A stretch of 64,000 nt of DNA from Epiperipatus broadwayi (lineage: Eukaryota > Animalia > Onychophora): the NCBI GenBank assembly GCA_028023455.1, contig JAQFVV010000001.1, positions 20,274,001 to 20,338,000 on the forward strand. Direction: 5' to 3'. Under the pieces are notes generated by a model that was not told the DNA's origin, ran no database searches, and saw only the letters and a program-made list of their open reading frames with translations. The stretch's first letter is position 1; each line of letters opens with the position of its first letter. This document shows positions 53,870-64,000 of this stretch, piece after piece. A program made the position numbers and the translations under genes.

Positions 53870-56300
53870 ATTCTTCAGCACAACACTGTTGTATTCCTTC
53901 TTCAAATTCTTCTAATAATGCAGGTCTTTTTAAAATCCCTGAATTTACCTTGATTATTGATAAAATGACTGTAAACATGATATGGCTATTTTTGTTTCAA
54001 ACCATCTTGTAAAGCAAACAACTTTTATTGAAAATAGTTCAAATAGTATTGTAGTAACTATTCAGATAGATAATTTTTATGTATGCAATATTTACAAATC
54101 TCCAGATACAAATTGGCTCTATTCTCCTCTTCCAGATATTCCTACACCTTCTATATTTTTAGAAAATTTCCAATTTTCATAGTAGTCCTTGGGGTATGGA
54201 AATGAAGGACAAGCAGTATGTCAACTTTTAAAATGCATGGATTTAAATAACACACATCTACATTATTAAACCAAGCAAGAGAAAGATTCTATTCTGACAA
54301 ATGGAGAACAAAAGCAACTCCTGATTTTTCAAAAAAAAAAAAAAAAGGTTCACCATTGGCTGCCGAACTATCAATATTAAGATTATTTCTCCACAGCCAA
54401 CAAAAACCAAGTCTAATCACTGTGGAATTGTCATTTCTATACTTGAATGTTATCCTGTTGTGAAATAAAATTAAAGAAAAACTAACTGGAGTCAATAATC
54501 TGGACATCTTGAACTGAATAAAATATAATCTTTCCAATTTTTTATTGCTATGATAGCTTTAACAAACTCATAATAATAGCTTCCCAAAAATCCATCCATT
54601 ATGGATATCAAAAGTAATTTTTATGTATTGGAACAGAAGCAACAATCATCTTTATAATCAGTTTTTAACCTATCAACAATCCAGAAATTACTGACAAACT
54701 TGCAAAATCAGTAGACAATGCTAGAAAAGAAAAAGAGTCTATGGAGAAATAAACTTTACAAAATCTAGTTTAAAAATCTGGTTAGTTTTTCAAAGCTTGA
54801 TGTATATAAAAGAACCATTAAAAAATTTAGTATTATAATTGCAAATCAGGTTTCTCATCCTATATATCAGAATTCTAAACTCAATATTGATAATATGAGA
54901 AAAAGCATTGTTAAAGCAGAAGGTAAGAGTTCTCTTTCATAAGATTCCTCTACTATCAACCTTATAACATCTGTATATGTTGCTAAACTTGAACTTGCTC
55001 TTGATATTCTTAAATAAGGAAGACACCTGAAGCAGATATACTTCCTGAATATCTCAAAAATTTACAATCTAAATATTCCTGAATATGTAAAAAAAATTTA
55101 CAATCTAAAACAAAAGTATAATTGGCATAATTATTCAGTAACAGTATTCATTCAAAACCTATTCTAAAAATTTGATATTAAAAAAAACTATACCAGTCTT
55201 AAAACCAAATAAATCCAATAATGATAAAAAATATATATCAGCCAATATTATTATTATATGTTCGCTAAAAGCATATTAACAAGAAATTTGTCAAAAATTG
55301 AGGGTCATCTATCTTTACAACAGGCTGGTTTTAGGCCAGAAAAAAATCTGCTGTGAAAAAGTTGTATCTATAACAATTCATACTCATAAAGATTTTAAAA
55401 ATAAATTAAGGGTTGATACTATTTTAATTTATCTAACCTCAGCTTAAGATTCTGTATTAGAAAAATATTCTTCTAAAAGTTCCTAAAATCCGTAAATGCA
55501 AAAAAGCCATTATTTTTCTTGACAAAATGCTCTCTATTAGAAAAATTCAAATTGCACTAAATGATAATTGTAATAGATATAACACTTTATAGAATAGTTG
55601 CCATAGAGTCTGTTCTTTTATCCACTTATTTAATATTTTCAATAGTGATCTTCAAGATATATAATGTAACAAAATCATCTACACTTATGATATTATTTTG
55701 AGTCCATCCCCCCCTCCACCCCAAAATCCTTTCCTGATAATAGAAAAGCATATCAATGAGAATATGAAAAAATTAGAAATCTTTTTCAAAGACTGAGATG
55801 TTATTTAATGACAGCATGTTCAATTTTTCATGTAAATAACAGAGAATCATCTTGTAATCTGCACATAATTTTTACAGTAATAGACTAAAATACAATCATA
55901 TCCCATACTATTTAGGAATAACCTTGGAAAGTAGCCTAATTTATTTTCCTCATTCAGTTAATAGTGGAACAAAATTAATTTATAGGAATAATCTCTTTGG
56001 AATGGTGGAAAGCACTACTTGGAATTGTGATGTAAATATATTATGGAAAACTTCTTTAGCTCTACCATATTCTTCTAGTAAATACTGTGTACCTGTTTAG
56101 AAAAAAGATTTCTGCACTGAATGTGTAATTACTCAATTAAATATTATCATGAAAAATATTACTGACACATTCCATTCTTTCAAATATTTTTCTGCTTTGT
56201 GACAGAAGTTGGCTCACAGAAAAATAAAAAGCTGTTAATTAGATTAGACTTACCAATAATTCAAGATATAGTTTTACTGCATAAGATTCAACCAAATTAA
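53870..56300 (+). mobile_element. Decayed Ingi/Vingi-like LINE (APE + RT)
   Basis: Remnants NIYKSP...P.I...NF..HS..WGY, QQAGFRPEK, LTSA.DSV, LP..SVL..LFNIF.SDL, LG.TLESSL, RNNL...STTW.CDVN in order. Clade call rests on the recalled VYKPP/GDFNSHS..WGY/GTTWGA signature. Confidence 0.6.
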
Positions 56301-58389
56301 GATCCGCTTTTTGAAGAGTTTACAAGCAAAGAATTATGGAATCAAAATTGAAATTTCAAACAAATTTCTTTTTATATCTTTAGCCATCTGTTTGATCTTC
56401 TTGGATGCAAGTAGACTCTCATCAACAGATTCAGAACAACCCATGATTATTCTGTTCATCTGTTTCATGAATGAAATTTAAAAGCAACTAATTTATGTGT
56501 AAACAAATCTAGGACCACATAGTTAATGATGCAGTAATTCAAAGATACTATTTCTGTTTTCCCTCTTTTTTTTAAAGATTTGATATTATTAAATTCACCC
56601 TGAACTTTTCTTCAATTTGTTATTCATTATTTAACAATATTTTTTTTTTGTTTGTAACTTTTGACATTCTTTTTTAAGTTTTAAAAATTACAGGTGAAGA
56701 ATAAAATATGTCAAAGCAAATATATATTAGGTTAATTTCTTTCTTTTTTTATAATAAATTAATGATCACATAATTTTTTTTATTTAAAAAGAAGTAATCT
56801 TATCTCATTTTATACATATGTATATATGTATATACTATAAAAATATTTGGGTTGCAGTCAACCATACTTATTCCACAGCTGAATTGCAGAATAAGTAACA
56901 ATAGTAGATGGTTTGACTGGTGTTGATAATCAAGATCCCTAACTCTATTGGCCAATTAAAAATGTAACAATGGATTTATAAATTTCCCTAAAAATTAAGT
57001 TTGCAAAACAAAACCCAATTTCTTTTTATATATGACATAATAATTGCTATCTTTGAAAATGCTGCAATCTAATTTCTTATGTTATGAAACAAAACATCCC
57101 ACTTTTCCTAAAATCTCTATTTAAATTCTCTGGGTGCTATGGACAGAGTTGATATGAATACAAAGTATACTTGCAACCATAATTTAATTATTCAAAATAA
57201 AGCAATTAATGGAAGAAATATTGGTACTATAAGTACATATATATAAAGATATACATAAAAACATAATCTGCATTCACATACAATTTACAGTGTTATTCTT
57301 CATATATAGATTTTTAAAAAATAAATTTTATATCCTAAATAAAGATTACTAATTCATTATGGTATAGATGGTATACAATATTAATAATTTGAACCACAAT
57401 GATAAATATAAAAAATTACAATACAAAACTCAAAATTAATGATGCAATAAAATAATAGACCTTTTATAATAAAAAAAATAGTATAAAAAATACTTCATCT
57501 ACGATTTTCTTTTTTTTTCTCAGAATATATATATATTATGTTGGCCAACTTATGGAAATGATAGTGGTTACTGACAAATCCACCACTATGAGTATATCTC
57601 ACAAATAAATCAGACACCAAGTAAAATGAATAAAACTATGTAACATATATTTATTAATTAAAACATAAATAAAACAATATACTTACTCAATAACTTCACA
57701 TGTGAAAAGAAAAGGTCATCTAATTACTCACATTGATAGTGCCAAAGTTGCAATAAACTGATAAGTGAGAGAAGTGTCCACAATGCACTCAACAAATTAT
57801 AAAATCAAATATATATAATTGTTCAAATATAAATATATGAGACTTTATTGGCTATTTTATCATAAATATTTCATGTCCAATTCATAATAATTTCATTCTT
57901 ATGTGTAATCTCACTTTTATACTGACTGATAATATCATTTATTATTATTATTTAAACTCTATAACATTGTTTCAATGTATTATGTTAACATGAATTCACA
58001 AAATATTTAATTCATATAAATCTAAATGAGAATGAGATCTCCAGACAGGATTTAAAATCAATAACCTACAATGCATAAAATTGTGGACAATGCATACAAA
58101 GCCTTTTGTCATATATATTTTGTCTGCAATAGTAGCAACTTTATTATCAACAGTAATATTCATTATATTTATATTTATAGAGTAATATTCATTTCTCTAT
58201 AAAGAGGCAAAGATAATATATGCCTGTAAAACACAATGAAATAAATCATAACATCTAAAATATAATCAGGCAGATATAATTGGGATTTTTAGTATCAGTA
58301 GGTCATAACAATAATAGGTATCTCATAATAGATTTGTCTATGATTCAATTCATGGATAAATGTATATATCCTTAAAATATCTTTGTATT

Positions 58390-58900
58390 AACCAATCAAA
58401 AGAACAAGCCAAATTTAAATGTGATTTTAGTACAATAAATCATATCCAAGTATTGAGAGAAGTTATAGAAAGGAGTAATGAATATGAGTTGCCATTATTC
58501 TTTGAATTTGTAGATAATAAAAAAGCAATTGACTCTATAAGCATTTATTCAGTGATTAAAGCATTGAATCATAAAGATATAGATCTAGAATATTGTTATA
58601 TGCTGAAAAATATTAATAAATATGCAACAACAACGATTAGATTACAAACAATACAAGAAGATTAACATTGAGAAGGATGTATGATAGTGTGACTAAAACT
58701 TTTTACAGCAGTTTTGCAAAAAAAAATTGTGGATTAGAATAGGAAGCTAACAAGGTAAAAGTAAATGAAAATTTTGTAAGTCTTCTAGATTTTCCAGATG
58801 ATATAATTGTTTTTGCAAATAATGCTTTAGAGCTTTAGGAAATGTTGCAGGAATTATCAGATGAAAGTAAGAGTAAACATTGAAAAGATTAATATGTAAT
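58390..58900 (+). mobile_element. Internal RT fragment of the 42.9-kb RTE family, older or more decayed copy
   Basis: HIQVLREVIERSNEYELPL...KAIDSISIYSVIKAL aligns with 44600-45050. Confidence 0.9.
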
Positions 58901-59556
58901 AAACTAATCATGTAAAGAATATCAAAATATAAATAGACAATGGGTATGCATATAATTATTTTTAACATAAAGCAAGAATATCACATCTGCATTTATATTC
59001 AAGAAAGGACAATATACACTCAACAGATCCCTTATTTCAAACTTTAATAATTTTTATTTAATATCTTCGGGCTTGTAACTGATATTGATTACTTATAAAA
59101 ATAAATTAGATATATACACATCTCAAGCTCAATATCTCCATAAATAAAACGGTAGATAAATCCATACTTTTAAATTACTCAAATTGCTATAACATTTTAT
59201 TACATTTAATAGAGTTATGACATTCAAAAATCATTTAAATTTAGATCATCCACATTCTCCAATAATCGTAATTGTTCATTCATTCTCACCTTATATTCAT
59301 TTATTTATTACAAAATCTATGATATTCATTGTATATATACTTTAAATTCTGATAATTACTTGAATAGTAAATAATTTATTCTTTTAATTGTGTCCACTAT
59401 AAATAAACCCATATAAAGCTTTTATTATTATTATTAAAATAAAACTAAAATATTATTTAAATTTTAAATATTTACAAAAATCCAAATATTATCATAAAAT
59501 ATGCATTACTTGTAAAACACTTTAAATACATTAACAACAATAAATGATGTTGCCAG

Positions 59557-59628
59557 GCGTTGATGGCCGAGTGGTTAGCATAGCTGCCTTACAAGCAGTT
59601 GTCCTGGGGTTCGCTTCCTGCCGACGCT
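59557..59628 (+). pseudogene. tRNA-Gly(TCC)-derived pseudogene or SINE head with anticodon position reading TAC
   Basis: GCGTTGATGGCCGAGTGGTTAGCATAGCTGCCTTACAAGCAGTTGTCCTGGGGTTCGCTTCCTGCCGACGCT closely follows the metazoan tRNA-Gly-TCC pattern (GCGTTGGTGG...AGCATAGCTGCCTTCCAAGCAGTTG...CCAACGCA). A-box perfect, T-stem broken. Confidence 0.8.
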
Positions 59629-60200
59629 TTGAAACATTAAACAAAAAAACAATAAATTATGTTTTTATAATGCTTATGTATTAAAAGTTCTTTTATAAAA
59701 GTTTATATCAAAGTTTCTATACACAACTAAAAAATAATGTATTACCTATCATAGCAAAGAAAATCATTTGCAGTTGGTAATAGTAATCATATAATAAATT
59801 GCTCAGGAGATTATATGACATTCAAGTACTTAATAATAAATTGAGCATTTAGAAACTCCAATCAGTTAATCAATTTTTTTATTTATGTTACTAAGTTAAG
59901 AATCAATCCTAAAACTTTTAATTATGACTGCACACATTCTGCCATTGTACTAAATTACAAAGTGCACTAAATCTACTTAATGAATAAAAAATATTTCTGT
60001 AGTATAATTTTCACTACACCATTTTCACTAATTTAATGAATGGCTAATAAAAATTATTGATATAGCCTTAAATCTACGTTTTTTAAAAAAGTACAATTTT
60101 GGAGACGTGTAATGCATAAAATATAGAGATAAAATATGAAGTTCACAATAAAACTGAAAAAAGCAGATTGGAGATAAATACTGTTAACAAAAATTTAAAA

Positions 60201-61328
60201 ACTATAATTTTCAAATTGGACCCAAAGTATTATTTAAATAATAAGTGTAATACTCAAGGCTAAATGGGTTTATAAGTAATCATTAGAAACCAATCAACAT
60301 TTAGACAATCCACATATCAATAGCAATCAACAATCTCAAACTGTTGTCAATGCAATCTCCTTTTAACAATAAAGATGGAATCCTACCTTTATTTATAATC
60401 CAATATATTTATACAGACACTAAAGATTGCAACTTGACCACAGAGATTGAAATTATAATAAACCTCCTTAAATAGGTAAATATAACATATTCTATAATTA
60501 CATTTTGAATTACAAGTGTCAAAATAACTCAATCCATATCTTTCACACTAACCACTTTAGATAAATACAGTAATGATTATCATTAATCATTTACTAAACT
60601 AGAGATTGTTTCTAGAACAGATATAAGCTTTAAAAGTCAATTAATGATTCATATATCTGATGAGAAAATATATAATAGAGATATATATGAGATGGTGATC
60701 TGGACCAACTGATGAGTACAGGTTCAGCACAAAATGCATCTTGGGGGTCATTTGTCTTTTATTGTATCTTTATTTGTATAAATTTAAAAGAATATGTGGT
60801 AGTATTGAGGTTATTTAATATATTTATAACCTATTCCATATAAATATATTGAACTATAAATAAAGGTCAGATTTCACCTTTATTATTAAAAAGGGATTGC
60901 CTTGATAACAGTTTGAAATTGTTGATTGTTATTGAGATTGGGATTGTCTAAGTGTTGACTGGTTTCTAATGATTACTTCTAAACCCATTTAGCCTTGAGC
61001 ATTATTACACTTATTATTTAAGTAATACTTTAGAAGCAATTTGAAAATTATAATTGCAGTTAGTAATGTTACAATTGACTATTTATTAATCTGCATTCAG
61101 AACAGGTTATATTTTCATATTTAAAGAGGTTTATTTAAAGTTCTTTTTGTCAATAATGTCAATCTCTGTGGTCAAGTTGCAATCTTTAGTTTCTATATAA
61201 ATATATTGGACCCTAAATAAAGATGGAATTCCACCTCTATTTTTAAAAGAAGGTTACCTTGACAATAGTTTGAGATTGTTGATTATTATTGATATTGGGA
61301 TTATCTAAGTGTTGACTGGTTTCTAATG

Positions 61329-61332
<4 letters not shown>
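60201..61332. repeat. Family C composite: ~0.85 monomer (+) and ~1.4 tandem monomers (-, period ~358 bp) flanking a hammerhead-containing spacer
   Basis: ttga(t/c)aa(c/t)agtttga(a/g)attgttgatt...gtgttgactggtttctaatgatta at ~60901 and ~61259. 60201-60500 is their reverse complement. Confidence 0.85.
60705..60744 (+). ncRNA. Degenerate minimal type-I hammerhead motif (core GAAA mutated to AAAA)
   Basis: CCAA CTGATGA GTAC-AGGTTCA-GCAC AAAA TGCA TC TTGG: stem I CCAA/TTGG, stem II with one mismatch, palindromic stem III ATGCAT, AUC site. Confidence 0.65.

Positions 61333-61392
<60 letters not shown>
61331..61392. repeat. Interrupted (TA)n microsatellite
   Basis: Seen directly, abutting the family C terminus. 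Confidence 0.95.
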
Positions 61393-61416
<24 letters not shown>

Positions 61417-62974
61417 GAATATCAAAAAAGAGGTAATTTAGCAATTATCAGCTTCAAATATGAGAGAAGGACATGAGAAATTTTTTAAAGAATTAAAAAA
61501 TAAGAAAATAAATTTGGTAATAGATACAAAACTCCTTAAGTATAAGAATATGGTGATTTTTGCTTAATCCACAATATAAGTCATCTATTTACAAAAGTGT
61601 TAAAAAAATTGTTGTAAAATAGCCAAGTCTGAAGCAAAAAAAAAGAGATAAGGATAAAATATTTTTAATATTTCTTGATATGGTATCAAGAATATGTTCT
61701 TCTTATTTAGCAAATATTAATATTAATTCAATTAAATGACAATCCTGAATATATTTAAAAGTAATATAGTTCATGTAACAAATGAGAATATGCCATCACA
61801 AAAATTTATAATAAATAAATAAAAAAAAAAAACAGAAATATGATTACAGACTGATTAACCAAAATTAAAGTGTTCCAATAAGATATTGAGATAAGACAAT
61901 TTATATAAACAGAAAGTTCACTGAAGAATATTTTGCCTACAAATTAAAAATAAACTTTGCAAATGCAGAGTATCTAATAAATGACTACAACAAAGAAAGT
62001 ACATAAAATGAACTTAATCGTATAAAAACTTGATATTTAAATATTTGGGACCTATCAGTGGATGACATTAAAAAGACTATAGTTTGCTTAAGAATATAAA
62101 TATATTGATTGATAAGCAATATACTTAATAATCTATTAAAGCTGAACATTTCCATCTAAGGACATGAGATAAAAAATACATTATATTTTAATAAGGCATT
62201 AAAATACAAACTATTATGGATGGAAATGGAATATTGAATATTATTAATAAAAGTATTCCTAAATATTGAGAATTGAGATCCAGGTTATTATCCAAAATAT
62301 AGTGAAAGTGAAGAAATATGCTATTAGTGAACTGGCTGAGTGATGGTTTTGAAAACTAATAGGCTACTGATTTCAGCTCAATCTGCCATATCCAATGCTT
62401 GAAAATCATGAAATAAACCATTTTATTATTATTAATGAAAGTAAAAATAATATTTTAAAATAGTATAGACAGGTTCTAAAAATAGCTAAAATCTATTGCC
62501 AATATAGATTTGGTATATCTTGAAATCAAAGAAAAAGAGAATACTGAGATATAATGGAGCAAAAACAAAATAATAATAATGCAACAGAAAAATGTTATTT
62601 TAACAACGAACAATAAAGTTTAACTTGGAACATATACATATAACATTGTGAAACTTCCCAAAAATTATCCATATTAAATTTAATATAGATTATCTAATAA
62701 TACCATCATTTAATTGCAAAGCAAAAAAATCAAATTTACAACTGAGGCCTGAAATATATATGTAAAAAATGGAATTAATTAATTTTTTTCTGCTTTGCAG
62801 TTAGCCAATATGTTTAACTAAATTGGTGTAGATGGCATTTAGAGAGGTCATTGATCCAAAATATTACATAATAATTAACATCGTTTAATTATAATATTAT
62901 ATATATATATAAATAGTAAATAAGTTTGCCAGAATATTTGTTTTGTAAATATATAAATGTGTGTGTGAAAGATT

Positions 62975-64000
62975 AATCATCATCATTTTCAAATATTATC
63001 AATTCACTGCAGGGGAAAGATCTTTCCAAGTTTAATCAGTTTGTCTGATTGTTAACTCTCTTTTCCATATCATACTAACAAATTTCCTTATTTCATTCAT
63101 TCATCTTATATGTGGTCTCTTTCTTTTAGAACCTTTTGGGATCCAGTTTAAGATGTTGACTGCCAATATATTGTTATCTCTTCTAGCATGTCCACCCCAG
63201 CTCCAATTTAGTATTGATATCATTTATACCTGTCTGTGCTCTAACTCATGTATATTGTTTTTTATCCTTTCTGGTTAGTTCTAACATACATCTCTCCATA
63301 CTTTGTTGAATGGTCAGAAATCTTTCTATTGCTCTTCTGCTACGTGCCTAAGTCTTAGATCCATAAATAAAAATTGCAAAAAAACAAATTTATTAAAAAC
63401 TTTCCATTTCAAACATTTAGGGAGTTATTTCTATCAAAAGTACCCAAATTTAATTTTATAATTAATTTTATTCATTGTTTTTTTATCTATATAAATAATC
63501 TGCCAGATATTTATAGTTTTTCATTTCTAATTTATCATTATGAATATTTATTTTTTCTTTTGAAGAAACCCTTCAATATTACTTCAGTTTTTTTAGCATT
63601 TATTTTTAGACCTACAACTTTCTTACTTTCATCCGATAACCCTATAACATCCCTAAAGCTCTAAAATATTATTGTAAAAACAACCATATCATTTACAAAA
63701 TCTAAATGACAAACAATCTCCATTTACTTTTACTCTCTTAGCTCTACATTTCAATTCATAAAATACTTCTTGTAAAATGGCCATAAAAAAATTGGGATAT
63801 ATGGAGTCATCCTGGCATACATTCTTCTCAATTTTAATTTTTTTTAGCATCGCTACTTAATTTAATCATTGCTAATATGACAATATATCAGATCTATATC
63901 TTAAAGATCCAATGCTTTAATCACTATAGAAATGCTTACAGAATCTAATGTCTTTTCATAATCTAAAAATCCAAAGCATAATAGCAAGTCATATTTATTA
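62975..64000 (-). mobile_element. 3' half (RT + C-terminus) of the RTE family, decayed, running off the right edge
   Basis: Reverse-complement similarity to 44640-45740 (e.g. LLCFGFLDYEK; gggatccagtt; atcatcatc tail). Confidence 0.88.

Noticed and set aside
56857-56930. Small hairpin cagtcaaccat...atggtttgactg
   Set aside because: An 11-nt asymmetric bulge makes it a poor pre-miRNA; likely chance.

Overview
This is very AT-rich (roughly three-quarters A+T by eye, not computed), visibly CpG-depleted eukaryotic DNA, most likely an intron or intergenic stretch of a large invertebrate (arthropod-like) genome. No host protein-coding exon could be recognised with confidence. The window is mostly transposon relics: a near-full-length but disrupted RTE-clade LINE (42.9-45.7 kb), further RTE fragments, an Ingi/Vingi-like LINE, several Penelope-like (RT + GIY-YIG) relics, mariner, piggyBac and hAT relics, a gag-like coiled-coil pseudo-ORF, two tRNA-Gly-derived SINE heads and microsatellites. 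The most notable signal is RNA-structural. There are four minimal type-I hammerhead ribozyme (HHR) motifs (4105+, 23677+, 27381-, 60705+); one is fully canonical although its host element is heavily decayed. There are also three unrelated ~340-430 bp non-coding monomer families that recur as 'partial tandem and/or inverted copy' structures. These look like non-autonomous, Penelope-mobilised (retrozyme-like) elements and would form long hairpin RNAs if transcribed. All alignments and translations were done by eye.
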